DNA of 64,000 bases from Cycas panzhihuaensis. Lineage: Eukaryota; Plantae; Cycadophyta. Where the stretch lies: positions 113,653,741 to 113,717,740 of the forward strand of contig CM041465.1 of NCBI GenBank assembly GCA_023213395.1, in the 5' to 3' direction. The notes under the pieces were generated by a model. It was not told the origin of the DNA. It worked only from the letters and a program-made list of their open reading frames with translations, and made no database searches. Of the stretch, positions 1-11,736 are shown one piece after another (the stretch's first letter is position 1; each line of letters begins with the position of its first letter). A program made the position numbers and the translations under genes.

Positions 1-1800
1 ATGTGCAAAATTTTATAAGTGAAAAAGATAATTTTTTGAAGCCATTTGGTTGCCAGAACTGTCCCAGAAGTACTGAAAGCTTAAAATCTTATGAGAATTT
101 TGACTAACTTAGATTTTGATGAAATTTGATGTGTAAGATTAACTTGCTAAGAGGATCATTTTTTTAATTCTGGAGCATCTTTAGATTCATCCTACAATAA
201 TGACGTTTGGCTAAAACAAAAGGTTAAAATTTGTAAATAAGTAACTTAAGGCATTTTTCTCAATAAAATCCTTTAAACATAAGCTGTAAGTCTAAAAGTT
301 TTTTTAAGGGATTTAGTAGATTTATATCTCTAGAATATTTTGAGATAAATCTCATCAAATTTCATCCATCGGTTAGTGAGATCTTTGTAGTTTTCTCATA
401 GATGCTGAATTTGCTTACTCAACCCCACAAAAGACATTGTGAGGGAATTTCGAGTAGTTTTTTGGTTGATTTTAGAGATGATATAAAAGGAAAATTTGAT
501 GTATGTATTAAGATGAAGCTTTTGACATATTGAAGTTTGGATTTTGAGGTAGTGAATATGACATGATTCTATTTTTTTGCTTTTCTCGGGCAAAATGTTT
601 CTATGCCTTTTTAGAAATCTAACTTTATCATCTTATTAGAAATGATATTCTAAACTCTTTTTCCTTATTCCATAAATTCAAATTCCATCATTTAAGTCTT
701 CATATTTATAATTTTTAGAAAATTTTGCCCATTTATCATTATTTATAAATTTTGTAGAAAAAAATCACAAATAAGGTAAAATAACATGCATCTAGATTTA
801 GAAAAATTAATATTTTATCAGCAAGTTGATCTAATTTTTATCCCACTATGGATTTTGTATTAAAATTTCTAAAAATATATTTGAAAACATTATACTAAAG
901 TAAGGGAAACCTTAGATCGGATGCAACATTTAGTTCTCTTGCTAAATCTAGCATGCACTTTCTATTTGCACACATAACATAAAGTAACACATAAAGCAAC
1001 AACAACAATAAAATAAGCATACAAGGCAAGCAAGCATATTTGGCAACTTTTAATTTAAGTTTTTAGTTCATATTCCTTGGAAATAACTTGCATTATTTCC
1101 TAAAAGGAATCTCATCTGTATGACTTATACCACTAGTTCTTAACTCGAGTGCATACTTGCTTGGTTGAAATAGAGCATGATTAGTTGAAGTCCAGGCCCT
1201 AAGGTAGATATAAGTTTTATATTAGGTCTAGTCTTAACTAGAATAGTGGTGGAGGGGCACGTTAGCCATACCTACAGCCTATAATTGGGGATAATCCTGA
1301 TAACCGCCTACGAAAATTGAAAACCTTCTATATAAGATTAAAATTAACCTACTCTAATATACATCATAGCTGTGGGATATACACGTACCATTTGACTCTT
1401 TGAAGGAGGTATATAGTTGCTCACTAGTGAATTGGGTGAGGACTCGGAGTACCTGGGCTCCACTATGACTTGGATTTCATCACCAAGTGTAGGTGTGGGT
1501 ATCACAAGTGACTGCCCTAATCGTATACTAGAAGCCTTAAGCATTAAAACCTCACCTATATTTGGACATAAGTTAAAGGTTAGTGGCATGACACATCACC
1601 ACTCTTTAATAACACTACATTAGGCCTCATTCCTGCATCATTGCTTATACTTATTTTTTATAGTTGTTGAAAAATACTTAATTATTATTTTCTTCTCATC
1701 ATAGCATTCATTTATATGTCTCTGTTATGTCAAGTATACTAGCTACACATATAAGTTGTATATACTTTTATCATCTCTTCTACTTCTTCATCATCACCAT
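1..1800 (+). mobile_element. Possible 3' end of an LTR (ending ...ATGCAACA at 928), decayed PBS and 5' leader of an LTR retrotransposon
   Basis: CAACA terminus followed after 2 nt by TAGTTCTCTTGCTAAA, which resembles a deaminated TGGTTCCGTTGCCGGG (tRNA-Glu-type PBS). The region is non-coding and no partner LTR is in the window. Confidence 0.25.
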
Positions 1801-1819
1801 GTCATCTTAATTCAAGCAG

Positions 1820-4506
1820 AATGTCAATGGCATATTCAAAGGCAAAGAAAATTAAGATTTGTGATACACTAGAGTTAAAAATATTGTAAAGAATAAATGC
1901 CTTTAGAGAGCCTACTTGAAGCCTACACCCATCATACCTACAACAACTATAATATCCACTTATGGTAGAACTGATCCAACAACTCCTATAGATGCCACAA
2001 ATAAACTACAATAGGAGATAGATAATGAAAAGATTCATGTAGGAATTATACTAGTTACAGATCACTTCTTACATAACTTGATTAACAAAGAGCAACACGA
2101 TACAACTTGGAAAGTTCTTAAGGTTCTTAAGAAGAACTTTGATACCAAGTTGGGCTTAGAATTTGTTCATTTTATTCTGAAAATGAACAAATAAAAAATG
2201 TAGAAGGGACAAGCTCATGAGATAATAAATCTCTTTTGACTAATAAAATAGGCAATTGATAAAGATTTTAAGACCTAATGTATCACTTGAGCATTCTTGA
2301 TCCAATCATGTTTATATGTCCCTGATTATAAAATCTTACTTGGAAGTCTTTAATCTAGTGGAATATTGAAGACACTCAACTTCAAAGCACTTACCGAGAA
2401 GTTTATAGAATTTGACAAGACCTTTGATACCAACTTGTCATATGGTAAAATATTTGAGATTTTTCTCTAAAGATGATAATGAATTGAAAATCCTTCTAGT
2501 TGAATTAGTGGTTTTGACTAGATCTTTAGTTGAATAAATATGACACCATGATTATAGGCCTAGCATTAGAATTATCCATAAAGAATTGAAGGAGGTTTAC
2601 TTAACCCAGAGAAGGAGAAGTATAGGATGGATTCAAATGCATAGGACTCTATTTGAGAAATGAGTTTTAATGAAATAGAAGCTAAAGATAATGTTATTCT
2701 TTAATAGATGTATCAAAATAGTAAACCTATCCTACCTTTCATCCAAGAATATAAGGATTTGGTTAATTTAATAATTATTAGTAAATATGATCATATGGAG
2801 AAGAACATAAATAATCTAAATCCCACCTTAAACTAGGACTCAATATAGTACTATGCTTATTAAGTCTGGAATTGGTAGTATGCCTAACCATTTATCTTTG
2901 ACTCTTATAATATAGAAGGAGATGTGCATGTTTGATAAGAACCATTATAAGAAACAACTATGAAATTTTGTTAGCTAGAATGAAGTAGGGTGGAAAAGAA
3001 GTTATGATAAAAGATTTGATCATGTCTGAGGAAGTTTATGGTTTTGAAGAATCTAATCCTTATTTACAATATATGAAACTTTATTTTAAGATTGACTTTT
3101 TCCCTAAGCCTTCTAATAGGAAGAAGGGGTATTTTTCACAATTAAAGTTTGAAGCTAAACTCTTAACTAAATGCTTTTTCTATAAAAGGGGATACTACCC
3201 TTATTTTTAGCACATAAGAAATTAGTTCTTATCCACCATCATATCTTATTTGTGACATGCAAAGATGTTTACTATTCTTGTAAATGGATAGTATCATGAT
3301 CCTTTGTAATTTTGAATACTTTTCTCTTTTGTTGATAGTTTCCTTTTCTCAAAATATAAATAAGCTTAGTTCATATGCATTGAATAAAAGAAGAATAAAG
3401 TATTACTTTGAATCACCTACTAGCGATAACTTGAAATGAGACAACCTATGTTAGCCTATGGGTATATAACACTAAAAAAATTTTAAGATAAGATGACACT
3501 TGGTGGTGTTGATTTATTAGTGTAAATATTCTAGAAAGGAAAGCCTTTCATAACAGGCACGTATCTTGAGGATCTTCATCGAAGACATGATTCTTTATGG
3601 GATAAAGGATTATAGGTTGAATAACCTGTAGGAGGAAGATATTCTTGCCTACATAAGGGCGAAGATGATGAAGATAGTGAGCAATTAAACTAATTCTTGA
3701 GAAGATTATCTTGTGGAACATGTTGGTTTTGGGTAAGTGGGTGAAATTATTTACAAGACTATTACCTTATAGGAAGGGTCAGTATCCCCACTCACAAGAT
3801 AGTAGAAGTGGAAGGAAATGGTTGAGTAGAGAAGGTAATTTATAGATAACACACTTACGAGATAATGTGTATATAAGTTAAATGGCTTATGAGAGAAAAA
3901 TAACTCCTTGCCTATAGACAAATTATATTAGAGAATAATAAGGGTAAGGCTAGTATAATTTGTTAGTAACATAATACCCAAAAAATAGATAAGAGGTTTT
4001 ATTGATATTGATTGGGCTAGAGATCTTAATAGAAAAAGATCCTCAAATGGGTATGTTTTTACCCTTTGTGGTGCTGTAGTCAACTAGATGAGCAAAAGAC
4101 AATAAGTTTTGGCACCTTTTAGCATAGAAAAAAAGTATATGGCGGTTACCCATACATGTGAGGAAGCAGTTTGGTTATAGAGATTATACATAGATGTTAG
4201 ATTTAAGCAAGATAATGTGAGGATAGATTGTGATAGTCAAAGTCCAAGCTACCTAGCGAAGAACCCTACTTTTCATGCTCAGTCGAAGCATATTAATGTG
4301 CAATCCTATTTTGTGAGAGAAATGGTTTCAAATCATAAGATGAACTTGCGAAAGATTACTATACAAGATAATATTATAGACTCGTTGACCAAGGTTATTA
4401 GCATAGAAATATTTGAATGGTATAGAAAGGAAATGGGTATTTCTGATATTAGCATTAAGTAGTTGTATATGCAAATTTCTTTTAAAGTATTCAATAAGTG
4501 GGAGAT
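1820..4506 (+). mobile_element. Decayed, internally deleted Ty1/copia internal region (gag-like, end of integrase, RNase H, PPT)
   Basis: RNase H at ~4010-4460 reads DWARDLNRKRSSNGYVFTLCG...RIDCDSQSPSYLAKNPTFHAQSKHINVQSYFVRE. The integrase tail LWVYNTKKILR is at ~3457. PPT AAGTGGGAGA lies at 4496-4505. RT is largely missing and the 5' boundary is uncertain. Confidence 0.75.
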
Positions 4507-5148
4507 TGTTAGATATCTTGAACACTTTATAAGTATTACATATGTATAAGGAGGTTAAAATTTTGGTCCTTCTTTGGCATGGTTTACCCCTCCAAACTCC
4601 TTATGGGGTGATCTAAGATGAGCGATAACCCCCTTTGGCAAGGGGGAGGTGGGGAAGATGTATTTCCCTCCCCACACAAAGTAGGGATTTCAGGGAAATA
4701 ACCCCTAAAATAAATTTTAAGCTTTAAATAAGAAAGAGAACTAGGGCCATTCATCATAAATATTTGAGATTTGATGGTTCAAATCTTGTACCTTCTTATA
4801 ATATTCTTTATATAACTTGAATTATGTAATTCTTTATAGAGTGTACGGAGCTGATGAGTTGATGAGGTGAGTTAGGGTTTCATCTCTGTAATTCTTTAGC
4901 TTCTGGTTAGATTAATGGTTAGACCTGAAACTCCTAGTATTCTTTGTTATGTACTTGATTTGTTTATGTTATTTGGTCTTTTCATAGTTAAAGCTTTGTT
5001 AATATTACTTTTATGGTTGCATTTTGCTCTTTACATTGAAGACTTTTGATTTGAAAAATGACTTGACTCAAATAGTGCACTTCCTCCTTATACAATTTAC
5101 AACTTCTTAACTTTTCATATAACTTATGTTCCTTAAGAAATTTCAACA
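4507..5148 (+). repeat. 3' LTR of the copia element
   Basis: Starts TGTTAG just after the PPT and ends TTCAACA exactly where the gypsy RT on the minus strand is interrupted. Confidence 0.7.
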
Positions 5149-7200
5149 TGATATATAAGTGCTCTTTGTATTACTCAGTGGTATTTTAATAAATAAATGT
5201 TTTGCTAATGAACATAATGATAAATTTATTCATGTACTCCTTAAATATTATATTCGTGAAGTACATGAATATTAGAGGTACTCTAGTCTAGTTAAATGGC
5301 ATTACCGAAAGCTCATAATGGATACCTTATTTCAATGGCAATTTAAAAGACATCTTCATCCTTGATGAATAATTTATATTCCTACTAACCTATCATTAAG
5401 TTTATCTTCGTAAATAACTTACTCCCTTTATTAGGTCAAATTAGTTTTTAATATTGGGCAATCAATATTTATTCTTAATTGATGCCTTTTTAATTAAAAT
5501 AATCAATGGGTAACCTTAACTTTTTATACTCATTCTTGATAAATAGAATTAGAACTTTTAGCCATGAAATATTGGGAATAATAATACCTTTATTAAGTAT
5601 ATCTTGCACATGCATTTTTAGTTCAACTAACTCTAATAATCAAATGACAATAATATAGTGCTTTGAAGAGTCATTCCAATCCCAGAATAAGTTCAATTAC
5701 ATAATTCACATCCCATTTGGGAGGTAATCCTAATAGCTCATCTAAAAATACATGTTTGAATTCCTATACTATCAAATGGTTTTCAAGATTGGGTCTCTTA
5801 AGAGTCCTTTCCTTATTAACATAAGATAGATTAGCTTGACAACCTTTCCTTAGGAACTTCTTCACTTACATTGCTAAAATTTATTGAATGTTTGTTGGAA
5901 TTTTATTCCTTTCATTGTGTGTAGGATGCCTATTATCATTTTAATATTTAACTAATTCATTATAGAAGTAAATCTTTACACAGTGCTTCTCCAACCACTT
6001 GAAACTAGTGATTACATCATTAATTGCTAGTAGTGAAACTAAAAAGTAACATAAGTGGAGTATGAACCCTATTATATTAAATATGAGTGTATATTTTTAA
6101 TTAATTTTCTCTTACAATAATTTTCCATATATGTAGCCCACCTATCCTTCTGAGCTTGTACTTCTTTATAATCTTGGAGTGCAAGATGATATGGCTACTT
6201 CTTGAGCTAATAAGTGTAGAAAGACCTTGCCTAGAACTCTTACGACCTCCTTTTACTATAATGAATTGTCGATTAGTTTCTATTCCTTAAATTATTGCAT
6301 AAACATGAATGCAACCTCTATCTTAACCTACTTAGATATCATCACTATTCAACATTATTTCTCTTCTCATCGTGATTCTTGGTTTAACTATACAAGATTT
6401 TTCTTAGAGTTTATAATTTTTTACTAAAGTTCTTAATCTTAACCTTAGAACTTTATCAAGTCCTTTTCTAGTTTTATAAGTTTTAAACTTGGCACCTTTT
6501 TAGATCCTATATTAGGTATATAAAATTCAACCTTAAAATTTTGATACTAGCCTATCCAGAGGCCTTTAAAACACCCTCTTACAAAGGGCTCCTATGACTT
6601 TTCTTTGATGGATGTCATCATAGTTACCCAACAAGGCCAGTACCAACCATTTAAACTTCAATTTATGAAGCTTAATTAGAGTAGAAATTGCATAGTGGAA
6701 TTGTCCTATTAGATATGACGAGTCAATTTAAATAGAGGTACTTCACACTTGTATATAAATTTCTTTTTAAAAATGCTAGTAATACAAACATATAAGAAGT
6801 TAAAGTATTTTATTCATTACTAAGTTATTTTATAACTATTAGAATAAATGAAAGAATCAAATCAAATTGCCTAGATGGATTCATTGACTAATCTTTCTAA
6901 ATCTTAAGAAGAAAGTTTCCCCTGAGCTAGAGTAAATAATATGAATACTAGAATACTGGGGTTTCACTCTTAACATAATCCCTAAGCTTTTCCATTCATA
7001 AATATTTTATTTAGAAATCTAATCAATAGGTACTTGCCATCAAAATATTTTATTCTTCCACACTTTACATGTATTTCAAGATATAATTAGGAGATGTCAT
7101 ACTATAAATAGTTCATCGTTAGATCAATCTCGTTGGACTACCTCATTATGTGACCCACTCTGTAAGGTTTGAGCATCTCTCTTTTATTATCTATTTTGAA
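5149..7200 (-). mobile_element. Decayed Ty3/gypsy (chromovirus-like) gag-protease-RT remnant
   Basis: Minus-strand translation gives EFKHVFLDELLGLPPKWDV, ELVELKMHVQDILNKGIIIPNISW, LRLPIDY and KGSKLFTKINL, matching the gypsy RT N-terminus. It carries many stops and frameshifts. Confidence 0.8.
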
Positions 7201-8730
7201 TTTAGACATTAATTCCATGTTTAAGTCTTTTATAGTTGTCCCCTTATTTTATCCATCTTCACTACTTTGAAAATACTCTAACACTCCTAATGTCTTTTAT
7301 TGACTTATTTAAACTCTTTACCTTCCTAAGAAGACTTCATAGAATGGTATAGACTATATTATCTTTAATACTATTCATAGTTATTAATTTTAAAGTATAA
7401 TCCACTAACTTCATATCTATCTAGAGAAAATGTATTCATATAGGGAGTTCTTAGTGGTTGTTATCTATAAGGAATCTCCTTCACAATCAAGAATGTTATG
7501 AGTGAAATTATGAAGGTCAATCAACTTTGTTTTACTTAAACAATTTGACCAAAAAAATCTTGACATAAAAAAGAATGCACATGAATGTCTTGACAAGGAG
7601 ACTAGCTTCAAACTATAATAGTTTTCTCATACAATGTTTGGTTTTTGAGTTCGACAATGATTCAAAAGCTCTCAACGTGACCTTCATAATTGAATAATTA
7701 TTCAGGGATAAGAAATAATTTAATATGATGTTTTATCCCTTGGTTATCACCTTGAAGAGTTTTTCTAAATTTATCACTAATGAAGTTAAAAACGTAAAAA
7801 TTTTATTTTTGATAACATTTTTATCTAGTGTTTATTTTAGGACATCTAGCTCTTATTTTAAAGGTATCAAGATAATCTATAATAAGACATATACTTCTCA
7901 TCACTAGGCCTTATAAGTTTAGAGAAAAAACTCTATAATACTTTACTCCTTCACTCTTTAATCACTCAAAGAGAAAATAAAATCCTTACAACTTTTGACT
8001 TCTATATCTTTCTCATCTAGTGCGCATTTTAGGTCTTCCACTAGTTTTATTAAGATAAAGATGCCATCTATGAGCTTATAGACTTATTCTTTGTAAAATA
8101 TAACTTAGATAACAAAATATATTGCTATGAAAAATTTTAAAATTTTCTAATCTAAAATGTCCCTTCCCTTACAATGATTTTACCATACCTTTTACTCATC
8201 CATGTCATGTGCTCACGTCATATATTATACACATGAGAAATTTGGATACTTTCATATTATTTAAGCAATAAATAATGTGGAAGGAGACATGTACCTTATA
8301 TTATAATGTCACAAATGCATAACAAACATACTAACTAATCTAGCAACCAATGATTGGTACATCCTTATTTAGTGTAGAATGAAATAAGCTTCTACCTTGC
8401 ATAAGATGAATAAATCTTTGATGTGAATAGAATTTACATACATAGTTGAGAAGTGACCTAACAAAAAAGGATAAAATTCAAGTTTAGTAAAAGTCTTTAC
8501 AAATAACCCATTCATGTTTCATTGGGAAACAAACATCCTCAACCATCTCCTTAAATTGATGAACTCTAAGAACATGGATGTTTTAGAATATAACCTAAAA
8601 AGATTAATTCACTATAGCACTTTTATATTTAATCCACTTACTTAATCACCTTGCTCACTACCCTTAGTTATGATGGAAGCCCCTCAATCAAGATGCATTT
8701 GTAAACTCCCTCTTATAAGTACTATGTAAG
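6900..8730. repeat. Dispersed repeat modules homologous to 19460-21810
   Basis: 6900-7200 matches 20550-20760, 7540-8000 matches 21340-21810 (shared VYFRTSSSYF reading), and 8160-8730 matches 19460-20470 (shared GCCCCTCAATCAAGATGCATTTGTA). Confidence 0.8.
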
Positions 8731-8733
8731 AAT

Positions 8734-8914
8734 CCCTTAAGATTCTAATAAATGATATAAAACCACATTCATAAAAAGAGAAGAAAGGGAAGTAGACCCT
8801 AATGAAGAAGGACTTCCATACTAGCTATTGTAAAGTCCTTCTTCATTAGTGACTACTTTTGTTTCTTCTCATTTTATGAATGTAGTTTCATATCATTTAT
8901 TAGAATGTTAGGGG
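8734..8914. mobile_element. Fold-back / MITE-like insertion with ~82 bp inverted arms
   Basis: The left arm CCCTTAAGATTCTAATAAATG...GAAGAAGGACTT pairs ungapped with the right arm (10 mismatches in 82). It is flanked by AT on both sides and is absent from the paralogous site near 20478. Confidence 0.75.
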
Positions 8915-9484
8915 ATACTCCCTCACCATAAGTAAAAGAATTCTAAGTAACTATATATTACCAAAACTAATTAATTATTTATTAAACGAAAATAGAAAAA
9001 GGAAATCAACCTTAATGAAAATAAGTTATCTAGAAGCAATCATAAAAAACTAGAAAAGTGCTTAGCAAAATAAAACAAAATATTTGTAATATATTATTAT
9101 TTAAATCTTATAGATTTAATTAGTTTTAATTATGCTCATTTTCCTTTTACTTCTTCCATTTCTTCCCCTTCCTTTTCGAGTAGTCAACTCTTCGGACCAA
9201 AAATTTTACCTTGAATGGAAATGGATTATGGTGAAGGCAGTAGGTGTGGCTGAGGATTACCTCTTTGATGTTGATTCATAGTTGAACGATAATGGGAAGT
9301 AGGAAAGTAGAACTCAAAATCCTATGCAAGTGATTCCAAAGATTTTATCAATGTTGCATACTTGTAAATCATTGTTTAATAATAATAAAGAGGGTTTCAT
9401 GGTGTTAAGAGGGTTAGGAATGAAAACATCAATAAACTTAGTGGGAAGTGGGGAAGGTAATAAAAATGTAGATTGATGGGATAT

Positions 9485-10596
9485 TAATCTGAATTTGAAT
9501 GGAAAAGTAAAAACTTAGTCTAATTAAAATAAATTCAAAATAATTTATAATAATGTTATATTATTTGAAAATAGTTAGATTTTTCTTATAAAAACTCTGT
9601 ATTTTACTCTCTACTATCATGAATAGACTGCTATAGAAATTTGGAAGTGTAAAGAATTGTGTTGGGCATGTTTTGGACTATTACACACTCTTCGATGTCT
9701 TTTCCAGTGATTCCCTTAAAGAGTTTTGGCTATCGTTCAACTACAAACCTCTATTTAGAGAAGTTTCCTGCCTTGGTGTCTTCCTTAGACTACTACGATT
9801 AGAATTTCTTCTCTTTCCACTACGTTTGAGTCTTTCTTAGACTCTTTAAGACCTCATAGACAAAACTGGGCTATTTCTGAAGTCCCACATATGGGTTTTT
9901 TCTTCGTTGCACTTCTATTTCTCTTCCTTTAGCTGTACAATATTTTGTTTTAGAGTCATTTTTCTTCTTTGGAAAGTTACTCTGAGTTCTTTCTCATGTC
10001 CTTTCACTCCTCTAGATGTGTCTACAAAATGCTGGGCACTCCTTCATTGAATTTTGAATGAATCTGAATGGATTTAAACGCTGTTATGTTCATTTTCTTC
10101 TCAAAATAATTTTTCTGTTTCCTTCATGGATCAATTGATAAAACAAATTTAAATCCATTAAAATCTCTTTTTCTTTCTTCTAATAAGACATGACATATGC
10201 CATGTCATCCTCATAAATTTTAGTGTCAAACATAATTCAATTTATTTATCAAAATACTATTTTTCCATTTATTTTTTCTATTTTTTTTGTGTTCGAGTTA
10301 CTCCAATAGGTCTTCTAGTTGCACTGATAGGTCTTCAAGTTGCACCAATAGGTCTTTAGGTTATACTGATAAGTCTTTAGGTTACACCAACAAGTCTTTA
10401 AGTTACACCAATAGGTCTTCTGGTTACACTACTGGTAATGATAAGTTGTACCAAAATTACATTTTTCTAATTTTTAAGCATCCAAATGGCATTTTTCTAC
10501 TAAATGAAGGTCATAAACATGAAAAATAAATATTAAAAAGGCATTTTATACTCATTTAAAAGAGTATTATGAAATTAAAGATCTGAAAATAGATCA
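9485..10596 (-). repeat. 3' LTR of the gypsy element
   Basis: T(A)AT...GATCA termini. Direct repeat of 17963-19057, with 8 of the first 60 positions differing. Confidence 0.9.
10304..10430. repeat. 21 bp tandem repeat (~6 copies, CAATAGGTCTTYWRGTTRCAC-like) inside the LTR
   Basis: The periodicity is directly visible. A counterpart sits at ~18780-18892 in the other LTR. Confidence 0.9.
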
Positions 10597-10619
10597 AAAC
10601 TCTCATTTTCAAGAGTTCA

Positions 10620-11736
10620 TGGCTTCATGAACCTTATAGTCATAGATGAGAGAATTTGACTTTCCCCTTCTCCTTGCTATACCATTTTGCCTTTTACAAT
10701 CTTGAATGACTCAATTATGCCTATTCTAGTCTTGGTCTACTTTTTTTTAAGAATGCAATCATTTTGCATTAGTTCCTCTTTCTCTACTCTTAACTCCTCT
10801 TGATTTCACAAAAGTGGAACCTGATCTTCATCTTTATCCAACATGGAAGCCTCGAACATCTTCACGTTCCCAACATTCACAACTAAATACATCTTTATGA
10901 ATTCTAGAAGTTCAAGTCAAAAGACATTTTTCCTAATCTTTTTCAAGATTGTAAAGAGACCATAACATATAAGCTTTCATTTCTTACCTTCACCTTGTAA
11001 TTCTTTCTTGCTAAGATGCAACCAAACTCTATCTCTTTCCTTAAAGGAATGGCTAGTTTTATGTGTACCATGCCTTTGTTTATATCTCTGTTGAGATTTT
11101 TTAAGTCTTTCTCAACCTGTTGATGAATTTTTTCAATTCTTTCCAACAATCTTTATGCCTTCTCTTCTCATTTTTCTTATTTGCATTTCCTACAAAAAGT
11201 TAAGCAGAAAATTCTATATTGAATGGACTTGTAGGTAGAAGTTCCAAACATACCTCAAATGATGATTTCTAAATTGAGTTATGGATAGCTCTGTTGAAGG
11301 TAAATTCCAAGTATGCGAGACTTTCATCCAAAGTCTTAGGATGCTTAGCATTGTATCTTCATAATAGTTGTACCAACATCCTATTGATGACTTCAACTAG
11401 CCATATGTTTAAGGATGAAATTCCATGCTCATCTTTAGCTTCATATCCATCATACCCCAAAGGTTTTACTAAAAACAACTCAAAATCTACTATCTCGATT
11501 AGAAATAATTGAGTTGAGAAGCCTAAAATATTTCCAAACATGCTAGAAAATCCATCTAGCAATGTCTTCTCTTGTATGTGTCTTCTTACAAGGAATCAAT
11601 ACCACCATTTTATTGAATTGATCAACAACTACAAACAAATAATCAATACCATTTTTAGTCCATGGTAGTCCTTTAAGGAAATCCATCGAGGTACTCTCCC
11701 ATGGTCACGATGGAACATGAGGTGGAGTGTACAATC
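10620..11736 (-). pseudogene. Gypsy integrase core and C-terminus (disrupted)
   Basis: Reads GLYTPPHVPS.PWESTSMDFLKGLPWTKNGIDYLFVVVDQFNKMVVLIPCKK, with multiple stops and frameshifts. Confidence 0.9.

Noticed and set aside
8734-8914. Conserved MIRNA precursor
   Set aside because: I recognise no known mature miRNA in it, and the empty paralogous site favours a transposon-type insertion.
9100-9480. Possible LINE ORF1 fragment at the gypsy insertion site
   Set aside because: The similarity was only impressionistic, with no diagnostic motif.
10287-10529. ORF with repeated TNRSxGY heptads (also 18679-18915), or a CRISPR-like array
   Set aside because: It is a translation of the 21 bp LTR tandem repeat. 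There are no unique spacers or cas genes, and the context is eukaryotic.
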